Positions 8,843 to 18,977 of a stretch of DNA of 64,000 nt are shown here, in pieces. The notes beneath the pieces are model-generated. The model searched no databases, was not told the DNA's origin, and saw nothing but the letters and a program-made list of their open reading frames with translations. The DNA is taken from positions 35,978 to 99,977 of the forward strand of contig CAZFCQ010000003.1 of the NCBI GenBank assembly GCA_964517845.1, written 5' to 3'. A program made the translations under genes and the position numbers. Position 1 is the stretch's first letter, and each line of letters starts with the position of its first letter. This stretch comes from an uncultured Thermoprotei archaeon (lineage in GTDB: Archaea; Thermoproteota; Thermoprotei; QMSL01; B3-G16).

Positions 8843-9786
8843 GTCTAACTTTAAAATCATTACCTAGGGAAGAATTATTCGCCCCTGGACATAGTGCTTG
8901 CCAAGGCTGTGGAGCATCAATGGCATTACGTATCGCCTTAAAGGCTTTAAGACCTGATGAGACAGCAGTACTTGTATTCGCTACAGGATGCATGGAAGTT
9001 ATTTCAACACTATATCCCTATACTGCATGGAGAGTACCTTTCGTTCACTTAGCTTTTGAAAATGCTGCCGCAGCTGCAAGTGGGATAGAATCAGCATTAA
9101 GAGCTCTTGAAAGAAAAGGCCTCTTTAAGAGTAAGAAGAAAGTTCATGTAATTGCCATTGGAGGAGACGGAGGAACCTTCGATATCGGATTACAAGCCCT
9201 CTCAGGTGCATTAGAGAGAGGGCATAAAATGCTGTATATATGCTATGATAATGAAGCATACATGAACACTGGGATTCAAAGATCTGGAGCTACACCCTTT
9301 AGAGCTTGGACCACAACTACACCAGTTGGAAAGGAGATACCCGGTAAACCTCAATTTAAGAAGAATCTTGTAGGCATAGCTGCAGCTCACGAAATACCTT
9401 ACGCTGCAACAGCTTCACCAGCATACTGGGCTGATCTAATATCGAAGGTTCGAAAAGCTCTTGACGCTAATGGTCCCTCTTTAATACACGTGTTAGCACC
9501 GTGCCCCCTCGGTTGGCGCTTTAATTCAGCAATTACAGTGGATATCGCTAGATTAGCTGTAGAAACTAGATTCTTCCCATTATATGAAGTAATAAATGGC
9601 AGAAAATATAGGATAACCATTAAAGTACCCAAACCTAAACCCGTTACAGAGTATATCAAACTACAAGGAAGATACGCGCACCTACTTAGGCCAGAGTATA
9701 GTGATTTACTTAAGATGCTACAAGAAGCTGTAGATTCGTTCTACACATGGCTCGAACACATGGAAAAAGCCACAGCTAATTTATAA
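8839..9786 (+). CDS. porB: Pyruvate/2-oxoacid:ferredoxin oxidoreductase beta subunit (TPP-binding)
   Basis: The protein carries CQGCGASMAL and the TPP motif IGGDGG. Confidence 0.9.
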   Translation: MSLTLKSLPREELFAPGHSACQGCGASMALRIALKALRPDETAVLVFATGCMEVISTLYPYTAWRVPFVHLAFENAAAAASGIESALRALERKGLFKSKKKVHVIAIGGDGGTFDIGLQALSGALERGHKMLYICYDNEAYMNTGIQRSGATPFRAWTTTTPVGKEIPGKPQFKKNLVGIAAAHEIPYAATASPAYWADLISKVRKALDANGPSLIHVLAPCPLGWRFNSAITVDIARLAVETRFFPLYEVINGRKYRITIKVPKPKPVTEYIKLQGRYAHLLRPEYSDLLKMLQEAVDSFYTWLEHMEKATANL

Positions 9787-9840
9787 ATTATAACCCTTTT
9801 TACTTAATTTGTATTATTTTTCATTATCTAGGGGCTTTAA

Positions 9841-10353
9841 ATGAGCGCTACACTCAGAATATACAGGACACTTAAGAATTTTAAGAAGCTAACATATGAT
9901 GTACTCCCTCTCTTCCTAATGCTTCCCTTACTTATCTTTCTCATTCCTTATAATCTCTTTCCAAATCCACCGGAAGGAGAATACTCTATATTTTCATTAA
10001 ATGTAATTGTACATGTAGTATTCCTAGTAATATCCTTCTTCTTATCGTTAATTGTTCCTCGTTATGATAGATGGATAGTTAGGCCTATAGTTTCTAGTTC
10101 TATAAGATTTCGTGAGCTTGCTCTTTATTGGTTAATAGAGCCACTAGCAGCGATAGGAATATGCTTTCTAGGATTTATAACCTCTCTTATATTCAAGTAC
10201 TGGTCCCCTATGATACCTTATGTGTTTATAAGCTATACATTGTTACTAATAACAATACTAAGACTTAAGTTTCATTTTGAAATAATTGATCAGAGACTGA
10301 CTAAATTAGGAGGTTATCTCGTTGAGAGACGAGATAGAAAAATATCTAAATGA
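9841..10353 (+). CDS. Hypothetical integral membrane protein
   Basis: Multiple hydrophobic segments are present, and no family is recognised. Confidence 0.4.
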   Translation: MSATLRIYRTLKNFKKLTYDVLPLFLMLPLLIFLIPYNLFPNPPEGEYSIFSLNVIVHVVFLVISFFLSLIVPRYDRWIVRPIVSSSIRFRELALYWLIEPLAAIGICFLGFITSLIFKYWSPMIPYVFISYTLLLITILRLKFHFEIIDQRLTKLGGYLVERRDRKISK

Positions 10354-10738
10354 GTGTAAAAGTTTTGAAGTGAAATATGATGATAACGGAAATCCTCTTA
10401 TCACAGATTATAGAGGTATTTCTAAAGGCACTATCGATAAAGATAAGAGCGTTTCAAAAATATTAAGGCGACGACGTCGACGACGTAGGGTACCAAAGAA
10501 AATTGTAGAAATTGTTAGACTTATTTCTTTTAAGCTACTTTCAGAAAAGATAAAACATAGGGTTATCTTTGGTAATAAAGATGTTATGATCTATCTAGAT
10601 TTCGATCACTTCATTCACATATATCCTGATAAGATCACGATAGCTGGTTTCAACTCTTTAGAGGAAGCCCCTCTAATATACCTGAGAGAGATACTAGAGA
10701 ACTATGGCCCTGTTAAGCTTCTTAGGCCTTTAAGGTGA
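10322..10738 (+). CDS. Hypothetical protein with a poly-Arg (R8) tract
   Basis: The ORF has coding-like composition. The R8 run is encoded by (CGACGACGT)x2. No family is recognised. Confidence 0.35.
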   Translation: MRDEIEKYLNECKSFEVKYDDNGNPLITDYRGISKGTIDKDKSVSKILRRRRRRRRVPKKIVEIVRLISFKLLSEKIKHRVIFGNKDVMIYLDFDHFIHIYPDKITIAGFNSLEEAPLIYLREILENYGPVKLLRPLR

Positions 10739-10811
10739 CACTTCTTAAAAAGTTTTATATCTTGATTTTTTCTTAAGTACGAGGAGAATGTAATCAAGGC
10801 GGGAAATACCT

Positions 10812-13241
10812 ATGCGTAACCTTAGATTTGCACCTAAAATCTTAGATAAACGATGGAATGTGAATGAAGAACTAACTTTATTGCAGAAGTGGAGAGAAGA
10901 AGGCCTCTATCGTTTCAATAAAAATACCAGTAAACCAATATTCTCTATAGATACTCCGCCGCCTTATGCTTCAGGAACATGGCATGTAGGTGCTGCTGCT
11001 CATTATGCTCAAATGGATATGATTGCTAGATATTTTCGTATGAAGGGTTACGAAGTTTACTTCCCCTTTGGGGTGGATAGAAATGGACTTCCTGTTGAAG
11101 TCCAAGTTGAGAAGAAATACAATATCAGTGCACATGAAGTACCTAGAGACAAGTTCTTAGCTTTATGCAAATCTTTTCTAGATGAAGTAGAGAAGGATTT
11201 ACTCAGAATTGTACAAAGATTAGGCCTTAGTGTTACTAATCTAGATGATCCTTATAGAACGGATAGCCCTAAGTATAGAACACTTACCCAAGCCACTTTT
11301 ATAGAATTATGGAAAAAAGGGCTAATCTATGAAGCTGAGAAACCGGTTATCTGGTGCCCTAAATGTAAGACGTCACTAGCTGAATCAGAAGTAGAATATG
11401 CCGAGCGAGAGACTGATCTTGTCTACATAAAGTTCACTGTAAAGGAATCAAATGAAGAGATAGTGATTGCGACTACTCGTCCTGAACTTCTCTGCACTTG
11501 TGGAGCAGTAATATACAATCCTGAGGATAAACGATATCAACATCTCCAAGGAAAGCATGCTGTAGTCCCAATCTTCATGCATGAAGTCCCTATAATTCCT
11601 CATCCTTATGCAAAACCTGAGTTTGGAACGGGACTAGTAATGGTTTGTTCCTTCGGGGATCAAAGTGATGTTAGGCTATTTCGTGAACTAAACTTGAAAC
11701 CTAAGATAGCGATAACCCCTGAAGGTATAATGAATGAGATTGCAGGTCCGTACAAAGGATTAAAGGTTGAAGAAGCTAGAAAGAAAATCATCAAGGACCT
11801 AAAAAGCAAAGATCTTATAGCTAAGATTGAGCGTATAATCCATAGAGTTCCTATATGTTGGAGATCTAAGGATCCTATTGAATTCGTAGCTATGAAGGAG
11901 TATTATCTTAAACAATTAGACTTCAAGAAAGATCTACTTAAGCTTATAGACAATATAAAATTCTTCCCTCCTGAGAGTAAAAGAATGCTAATAAATTGGA
12001 TAAATTCGATAAGCATTGACTGGCCTATTTCTCGCCGTAGATACTATGGTACTGAAATCCCTATATGGTATTGTAAGCGATGTGGTACACCTCATTTACC
12101 TAAACCAGGGAGATATTATAAACCTTGGTGCGAACCTGCACCATTTGAAAGGTGTAAAAATTGTGGTTCAAAGGAGTTCATAGGTGAGAGCAGAGTATTT
12201 GATACATGGATGGATTCAAGCATATCCCCATTATTCATATCAAACTACATGTATGACGAAGAATTCTTTAAAAGAACCTTCCCTTGTACCCTCAGGCCTC
12301 AGGGTTATGATATAATACGAACGTGGCTTTACTATACAATATTAAGAGTATTCCAGCTAACTGGAAAGCCTGCCTTCAAGTATGTTAGAATATCTGGTAT
12401 GGGACTTGATGAAAAAGGAGAAGCTATGCATAAATCCAAGGGCAATATTGTCTATCCAATGCCTATTATTGAAAAATATGGTGCTGACGCCTTTAGATTC
12501 TGGGCAGCATCTGAAGCTAAGTTAGGAGATGACTATAGATATTCTGAAGCAAAGATAAGAGCAGCAAGTCTATTTCTTACTAAACTCTGGAATATCGCAC
12601 GTTTTATATCAAGATTCCCAAAAGTAACGGAAGAGGATTATGTCCTCTTACCCTTAGATCTCATGCTCTTAGGTAATCTAAATGATATAATCAGACAGTG
12701 TAAAGACGGTTATGAAAAATTAGATCCATTTATTCCCTCTAATTTGATTAGGAACTTCACATGGAATGTATTTGCATCACATTATCTTGAAGCAGTCAAG
12801 CCTCGAGCTTATAATTTTAATAACGAGTTTACCGAAGAAGAACAGCATGGCGCATGGTTCACCTTATACACAGCTTTGGAAATTATACTAAAGTTATTAG
12901 CACCTATAGCACCTTTCATAACCGATAGCATATGGCGAAGACTATTCTCAGAAGAAAGCATTCATTCTCAAAAATTTCCAGAACCTAATCCTTCTTGGAA
13001 CACTGAGTACAAGTATATGATTTCTCCATTTATAGAATTCAATAGTAGCATATGGCGTTATAAGAAAGAACACGGTTTAGCATTAAGTCAAGAGCTAAAC
13101 ACGGTAGTTTATGCACCTAAAGAGTTAAAACCCTTTGAACGCGATCTAAAAGCTATGCATAAAATCAAGGAATTACATTTCGAGGAACCTACTGAAGAAG
13201 CCATTGAAATAGGTCCAAGGATCTATATTCTTAAAATCTAA
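10812..13241 (+). CDS. valS: Class Ia aminoacyl-tRNA synthetase, most likely valyl-tRNA synthetase
   Basis: The 809-aa product has a HIGH-region analogue (PPPYASGTWHVGAAAHY), a KMSKS analogue (MHKSKGN) and an editing/CP1 domain. The size fits archaeal ValRS. I cannot fully exclude a LeuRS/IleRS-type enzyme. Confidence 0.6.
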   Translation: MRNLRFAPKILDKRWNVNEELTLLQKWREEGLYRFNKNTSKPIFSIDTPPPYASGTWHVGAAAHYAQMDMIARYFRMKGYEVYFPFGVDRNGLPVEVQVEKKYNISAHEVPRDKFLALCKSFLDEVEKDLLRIVQRLGLSVTNLDDPYRTDSPKYRTLTQATFIELWKKGLIYEAEKPVIWCPKCKTSLAESEVEYAERETDLVYIKFTVKESNEEIVIATTRPELLCTCGAVIYNPEDKRYQHLQGKHAVVPIFMHEVPIIPHPYAKPEFGTGLVMVCSFGDQSDVRLFRELNLKPKIAITPEGIMNEIAGPYKGLKVEEARKKIIKDLKSKDLIAKIERIIHRVPICWRSKDPIEFVAMKEYYLKQLDFKKDLLKLIDNIKFFPPESKRMLINWINSISIDWPISRRRYYGTEIPIWYCKRCGTPHLPKPGRYYKPWCEPAPFERCKNCGSKEFIGESRVFDTWMDSSISPLFISNYMYDEEFFKRTFPCTLRPQGYDIIRTWLYYTILRVFQLTGKPAFKYVRISGMGLDEKGEAMHKSKGNIVYPMPIIEKYGADAFRFWAASEAKLGDDYRYSEAKIRAASLFLTKLWNIARFISRFPKVTEEDYVLLPLDLMLLGNLNDIIRQCKDGYEKLDPFIPSNLIRNFTWNVFASHYLEAVKPRAYNFNNEFTEEEQHGAWFTLYTALEIILKLLAPIAPFITDSIWRRLFSEESIHSQKFPEPNPSWNTEYKYMISPFIEFNSSIWRYKKEHGLALSQELNTVVYAPKELKPFERDLKAMHKIKELHFEEPTEEAIEIGPRIYILKI

Positions 13242-13323
13242 TCTGAGAATAAGGCCTTTATTCCTTTAACACATGTGAGAATAAAACTTAATTGAGATTT
13301 TTACCTTACTTTAGCGTACGATT

Positions 13324-16227
13324 ATGTCCAAGCTACAGGGTAGTGTAGAGGAAGTCTCTAAAAAGACTAATGTTTTCAAGTTATTAGCTGACTCCATAAG
13401 AGATGCATTACATGAAAGAGGATTCTTAGAAGCCACAGAGCCGCAGAAAAAAGCTATACCCTTAATATTACAAGGCTACAATGTACTACTTATCGCTCCT
13501 ACTGGCACAGGTAAGACAGAGGCAGCAATTTTACCTATTTTTAGTATGTTTCTTTCCCTTAAAAATGATAAGAAGCTAGAACCAGGAATTTATATACTTT
13601 ATATAACACCCTTACGCGCGCTTAATAGAGACCTCTTAGACAGGCTTACATGGTGGGGAGAAAAGTTAGGTATAAGTGTTGCTGTTCGTCACGGAGATAC
13701 TGAACAGTCAGAAAGAACTAAGCAAGCAAAGAAACCTCCCGAATTATTAATAACAACTCCTGAAACATTACAAGCTTTACTTTCAGGTAGACGAATGCGT
13801 GCTCATCTAAGTAAAGTACACTGGGTAATAGTGGATGAGGTACATGAATTAGCTGAAGACAAACGTGGCTCACAACTTACTTTAGCTCTTGAGCGCTTAC
13901 GCCTTGTATGCAACAGAGACTTTCAGATAGTAGGGCTTTCAGCTACAATTGGCTCCCCTCAAGAAGTGGCCCACTTCTTAGTAGGTGCAAATAGAGATGT
14001 TAGAATAGTTAAGGTCTCTGTAACGCGTCTTATGAAATTAAAGGTAGTATTTCCTAAACCTATGCAAGAAGATTATGAGCTCAGCTTAAAGCTTTATACG
14101 CATCCAGAAGTTGCAGCTAGACTTAGATATATTAAATCCCTTATTGAGAAGCATAGGTCTGCTTTACTTTTTGTTAATACACGCGCAATAGCAGAGGTGC
14201 TAGCTTCTAGGTTCCATGTATGGGATGTTAACTTTCCTATTAGTGTTCATCATGGTTCCTTAGCTAAGCCTTCAAGAATTGCAGCAGAGAAAGGTCTTAA
14301 AAGCGGAGAGTTAAAAGCGTTAGTTTCTACGTCCTCCCTAGAGCTTGGAATAGATATAGGCCATGTTGATCTAGTCATACAGTATATGTCCCCTAGGCAA
14401 GTGACCCGTTTAGTACAAAGAGTAGGGCGCTCAGGGCATAGAATAGGGGGTATCGCTAAGGGAATCATAATTACTGCCGATCCTGATGATACTCTAGAGG
14501 CTATGGTTATTTGTCGTAAAGCATTAAATGAAGAACTAGAACCTATTTCAATACCTAAAAAACCACTCGATGTACTTAATCATCAAATAGTAGCTCTCTT
14601 TATGTTAAAAAGTAGATGGACGATTGATGAAATACTCTCACTATATGGACGTGCGTATCCTTATAAGGATCTAACAAAAGATGATCTTCTCTTTGTATTG
14701 CGCTATATGCACAGCCGATATCCCCGACTTGCATGGCTTTCTGAAGAAGATGGAGTCGTGCTCAAACCTAGACGTAGTAGGGAAATGTACCAATATTTCT
14801 TTGAGGAACTCTCTATGATACCTGATGAAAGGCACTACCTAGTAATAAACCATGAAGATAACACCCCGATAGGCTTATTAGACGAGGCTTTTCTAGCTGA
14901 GTATGGAGAACCTGGGATAAAGTTCATATTTAGAGGAAGCGTATGGGTAATTAAGGAAATCACACATGATCGAGTTTTAGTAACCCCATCTACAGATCCT
15001 ACAGGTGCTATACCATCATGGGTAGGTGAGGAGATTCCTGTTCCCTTTGAGGTTGCTCATGAAGTAGGTATATTGAAACGACATGTCGTAGAGGAACTAG
15101 AGAAAGGTAAAAGCTTAAAGGAGATAGCCCAGGAATTGGTATCTAAATATCCTATAGACCAAGAATCTGCTTATAGAGCTCTTGCTGAGATAGAGGCCCA
15201 ATATAACAAGGGACTACCTGTGCCTTCAGATAAAGTTGTTCTCGTAGAGACGTGGGGAAATATTGCTATAATTCATACGCATCTAGGAACTTTGGCTAAT
15301 AGAGCCCTAGCCAGAATGATGGGAGAGATTTTAGCAGAGATGCTTGGATCGAGTATAGGAGTACAACAAGATGCTTACAGAATAGTGCTACAACTACCTA
15401 AGAGACTCAAACCAAGTTCTTTTAGAAATGTGTTCAGGAAGCTTTATATGAGCGATTTAGACAAACTTATGAGACGCGTAACTTTACGCTCCGGCCTCTT
15501 CAAACGACGCTTAATACATGTAGCTAGACGCTTTGGCGCTCTTAAAAAATCGATAGACTTTACTGAAATTAGCTTAAGACGCCTTGTCGAAATGTTTGAT
15601 GGTACTCCTATATATGAAGAAGCATACTCAGAATTCCTTCAAAAGGACATAGACATAGACTCTGTTAAACAGTTCCTACATAGAATTGAAGAAGGTAGGA
15701 TAAGGCTAGACTATATAGACTCTAAAGATCCCTCTCCCTTGAGTAGATTAGCTTTAGAGCGTATTGCACGAAGAACTGAATTGATACCCCCTAAGAAGTT
15801 GCATCGCATAATAATTGAAGCAGCTCGTGCACGTCTACTTAATGAAGCACAAATTTTTATATGTACAGAGAATTGGGACTGGCTGGATAATATCAGAATA
15901 AAAGACTTACCAGAAAAGGTTGCTTGTCCTAAATGTGGATCAAAAAGAATAGGTCTAGTTAAGGCTGATGAGAAAACAGCTATAAAATTATTAACCCTTA
16001 AAGGAAAGGTAAGAAGTAAGCGAGATCATAGAATAATTCAGGAAGTAAAGGAAAGTGCGCAACTTATAGAGAGGTATGGTAAAATAGCAGCATTAGTTCT
16101 TTCAGGGCGTGGTCTATCTGTCAGGGATGCTAAGCATATCTTAGAACGAGAATCAAAGCTCTCAGAGAAGCTTATAGAATTAATAATTCAAGCGGAGAAA
16201 GAGGCATTAAAAAGACGTTTTCTCTAA
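13324..16227 (+). CDS. lhr: Lhr-like large ATP-dependent helicase (DEAD/DEAH box, superfamily 2)
   Basis: The 967-aa product has Walker A (APTGTGKT), DEVH and helicase C motifs, plus a long Lhr-type C-terminal extension with a Zn ribbon (CPKCGS). Confidence 0.8.
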   Translation: MSKLQGSVEEVSKKTNVFKLLADSIRDALHERGFLEATEPQKKAIPLILQGYNVLLIAPTGTGKTEAAILPIFSMFLSLKNDKKLEPGIYILYITPLRALNRDLLDRLTWWGEKLGISVAVRHGDTEQSERTKQAKKPPELLITTPETLQALLSGRRMRAHLSKVHWVIVDEVHELAEDKRGSQLTLALERLRLVCNRDFQIVGLSATIGSPQEVAHFLVGANRDVRIVKVSVTRLMKLKVVFPKPMQEDYELSLKLYTHPEVAARLRYIKSLIEKHRSALLFVNTRAIAEVLASRFHVWDVNFPISVHHGSLAKPSRIAAEKGLKSGELKALVSTSSLELGIDIGHVDLVIQYMSPRQVTRLVQRVGRSGHRIGGIAKGIIITADPDDTLEAMVICRKALNEELEPISIPKKPLDVLNHQIVALFMLKSRWTIDEILSLYGRAYPYKDLTKDDLLFVLRYMHSRYPRLAWLSEEDGVVLKPRRSREMYQYFFEELSMIPDERHYLVINHEDNTPIGLLDEAFLAEYGEPGIKFIFRGSVWVIKEITHDRVLVTPSTDPTGAIPSWVGEEIPVPFEVAHEVGILKRHVVEELEKGKSLKEIAQELVSKYPIDQESAYRALAEIEAQYNKGLPVPSDKVVLVETWGNIAIIHTHLGTLANRALARMMGEILAEMLGSSIGVQQDAYRIVLQLPKRLKPSSFRNVFRKLYMSDLDKLMRRVTLRSGLFKRRLIHVARRFGALKKSIDFTEISLRRLVEMFDGTPIYEEAYSEFLQKDIDIDSVKQFLHRIEEGRIRLDYIDSKDPSPLSRLALERIARRTELIPPKKLHRIIIEAARARLLNEAQIFICTENWDWLDNIRIKDLPEKVACPKCGSKRIGLVKADEKTAIKLLTLKGKVRSKRDHRIIQEVKESAQLIERYGKIAALVLSGRGLSVRDAKHILERESKLSEKLIELIIQAEKEALKRRFL

Positions 16228-17406
16228 TTTCGAAATAATTAACAATAAGAACATGATACAAGAAAATACTATTACAAATATAACACATATTTCCAAAAGC
16301 CCTTGTAATGGATGATATACTTGCTGTAAGGAGCACTTCATCTTAACATTAATCCCCTTAGGAACTGTGAATATTAAGTATTCATTAGGATCAGATACCT
16401 TAACTAAAGCCGTAACAATTATTCTATCGGTCATTACTATAGCGGCTTTATTGATGTAATCCTCTGGTTCTTTTACACTCGCAGCTGTGCTGGTTAAGTC
16501 TATAGGTACCCACCCAATATAAGGAATAAATGCCATTGCAAAAGCGTGAAGAAGGAAACCTTCCTCATGTACAGTAATTCTATCTCCTTCTTGAGGATTT
16601 TTTGTATTTGGTTCGTAATACATTGCGATTGCAACATATGACGGTATTCCTAAGGCTCTTAACAGTGTAGTGATTAATGCTGCTTGATCAGCACAATCAC
16701 CGGCTTTCTTTTTTATAGTCTCTAATGGCGACAATACAGTAGGAGTCTCTGCATAAGCTATATGCTCCTTTATCCACTTCACTGCACTTATCACTCTATC
16801 TGCTACATTTTCACTTTTACTTATATTCCATATGATCTCTCCTATCACACTCCATTTATCATCAGTATTCCAGTCCCAATCATTCAATGGAACACAATAC
16901 TCCCTTAAGTTCATTGGTATATCCGCTATAGTCCCTCCCTTGCCTTTTCTGACTAAACTCTTAACTCTAATAGGTAATGATAGAAGGTTCGCTACAACCT
17001 TAATGTAGAAGATATATGTTATGTTTATCTTCTGACCTGGCTTTAATACTTTATATTCGTTTAACTCGATAACCTTGTTATCATCATTATTAAGTTTAGT
17101 TGGCACCTGTACTTTCCTTTCATTAATGTATATCGTATAGTTATCCAATTTTTGCCAGTCCTTAATATCTGGAGGAAGTATTATCCTTATGAGATCCTCG
17201 CTTAATTTGACTCTTTCTTTACTTAGATTAATGATCGTTCTTTCTTCGCGGTATTCATATACGCTGTAAAGTAACTCTATGTCTAAAAGATAGCTGATTA
17301 TGAGTGTAATTAATAGTGAAAATGTAAAAGCAAGGGTTAAAGTTTTCCTAATGAGAGACATCATAAATAAGTGAATAGTGTATAAGCTTAAGAAGGTATC
17401 TATCAT
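16207..17406 (-). CDS. Membrane-anchored transglutaminase-like cysteine protease domain protein
   Basis: N- and C-terminal TM helices are present, and the TGase core Cys (GDCADQA) is followed by His/Asp. Confidence 0.6.
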   Translation of the reverse strand: MIDTFLSLYTIHLFMMSLIRKTLTLAFTFSLLITLIISYLLDIELLYSVYEYREERTIINLSKERVKLSEDLIRIILPPDIKDWQKLDNYTIYINERKVQVPTKLNNDDNKVIELNEYKVLKPGQKINITYIFYIKVVANLLSLPIRVKSLVRKGKGGTIADIPMNLREYCVPLNDWDWNTDDKWSVIGEIIWNISKSENVADRVISAVKWIKEHIAYAETPTVLSPLETIKKKAGDCADQAALITTLLRALGIPSYVAIAMYYEPNTKNPQEGDRITVHEEGFLLHAFAMAFIPYIGWVPIDLTSTAASVKEPEDYINKAAIVMTDRIIVTALVKVSDPNEYLIFTVPKGINVKMKCSLQQVYHPLQGLLEICVIFVIVFSCIMFLLLIISKLEKTSF

Positions 17407-17881
17407 GAGTTTCTTATTTAAGAAGGCTGCTATTGGAGGAACTTTCGATATTCTTCATAAAGGACATGAAAGACTATTTAGAGAAGCATTTATGGTAGCT
17501 GAAAAAGTGTTAATAGGCATTACTAGTGATACCCTCGTTACAAGACTTAATAAATCCCATAAAGTTTCTTCATTTGATAGACGCTTAATTCAAGTAAAGA
17601 ACTTACTAAGCAAACGAGGGTGGATCAAAAGATCTATAATAGTAAGGATAGATGATCCTTATGGTCCTTCGGTTACAGATCCTGAGCTAGAAGTCATAAT
17701 AGTCAGTGAAGAAACACTACCTCGTGCTTTTGAAATAAACGAACTTAGAGTTTTAAATGGACTGAGACCATTAGCAATAGGAGTCGTACAGATGGTACTA
17801 GCAGAAAATGGAAAACCAATCTCAGCTACGAGAATTCGAAAAGGAGAGATCGATAGAAATGGACGTCTATTAATAGTCTAA
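17405..17881 (+). CDS. coaD: Phosphopantetheine adenylyltransferase (archaeal cytidylyltransferase-like PPAT)
   Basis: The nucleotidyltransferase motif GGTFDILHKGH is present. The start is set to MSFLFKK, giving divergently overlapping starts with the TGase-like gene. Confidence 0.75.
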   Translation: MSFLFKKAAIGGTFDILHKGHERLFREAFMVAEKVLIGITSDTLVTRLNKSHKVSSFDRRLIQVKNLLSKRGWIKRSIIVRIDDPYGPSVTDPELEVIIVSEETLPRAFEINELRVLNGLRPLAIGVVQMVLAENGKPISATRIRKGEIDRNGRLLIV

Positions 17882-17948
17882 TTCTGTCTCCTTACTCTAT
17901 AACGCTAAATACTGTATTTAGCCAGATAATTATTTTAGGTGCACTTTC

Positions 17949-18977
17949 ATGAGTGAGAAGCCAATAAAGGTGGCGATAGCTGGCTTTGGTTTCATGGGGC
18001 ATACTCATGCCTATGCTTGGCTTAGAATACCTGAAGCTCAAATTAAAGCTATATTTGAAACTCCAGAAAGAGCACGAGAAATATCTCACGAAGCTATAAG
18101 GCTAGGTACTAATGTAGTAACAGATTACGAGAAAATATTAGAGGATCCTGAGATTAATGTAGTCGATATATGCCTTCCCACATTCCTTCATAAAGAATTT
18201 GTTATTAAAGCCTTAAAAGCGAATAAGCACGTACTTTGTGAAAAACCTATTGCATTAAGTCTCAAGGATGCAAAAGAGATGATAAATACCTGGAAGGCAT
18301 CTAAATCTAAGTTCATGGTAGCGCATGTTCTTCGTTTCTTTCCAGAATATAGACGAATTAGAGAATTAGTTAAGCAAGGCGTTCTAGGTGAGCCTAGAAT
18401 AGCACGAGCATATCGCTACGGTACATTTCCTACATGGGGAGTCAAAGGATGGTTTGGAGAACAAAGACTAAGTGGCGGTGTTTTTGTAGATTTAGCAATT
18501 CACGATATAGACTTTCTTAGATGGATTTTCAATGATGAAGCTGCCTATGTTTATGCGCTCTCGCCAGAACGAAAGATTATAAAGGATATAACTGCGCAAG
18601 ATCATGGTATTGCTCTTATTAAATTCAACCATGGAGGATTAGCTTATGTTATGGCAAGTTGGGCCTATCCTAAAGCGACTCCTTTCTCTACATACTTTGA
18701 ATTAGCTGGAACTAAGGGTCTCTTACAATTTGATAATAGATCGACAGCTCCTCTAAGATTATTCACTAACGAGAGTTTTACTCCACTTCAAGCATATCCC
18801 GAAGATCCTTATTATCTAGAGATAAGGCATTTTGTAGATCATATACTTAAAGACTATGAACTATTAGTAACACCAGAAGATGCCTATAGAGCACTCGAAA
18901 TTTCTTTAGCTGCAGTTAAATCTTCTATAATTGGCGAGCCTGTACATCTTCCCCTTAAAGAGGAGGTGAAGTTATGA
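17949..18977 (+). CDS. Gfo/Idh/MocA family NAD(P)-dependent oxidoreductase
   Basis: The protein has an N-terminal Rossmann fold (IAGFGFMGHTHA) and the consensus EKP motif. Confidence 0.8.
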   Translation: MSEKPIKVAIAGFGFMGHTHAYAWLRIPEAQIKAIFETPERAREISHEAIRLGTNVVTDYEKILEDPEINVVDICLPTFLHKEFVIKALKANKHVLCEKPIALSLKDAKEMINTWKASKSKFMVAHVLRFFPEYRRIRELVKQGVLGEPRIARAYRYGTFPTWGVKGWFGEQRLSGGVFVDLAIHDIDFLRWIFNDEAAYVYALSPERKIIKDITAQDHGIALIKFNHGGLAYVMASWAYPKATPFSTYFELAGTKGLLQFDNRSTAPLRLFTNESFTPLQAYPEDPYYLEIRHFVDHILKDYELLVTPEDAYRALEISLAAVKSSIIGEPVHLPLKEEVKL

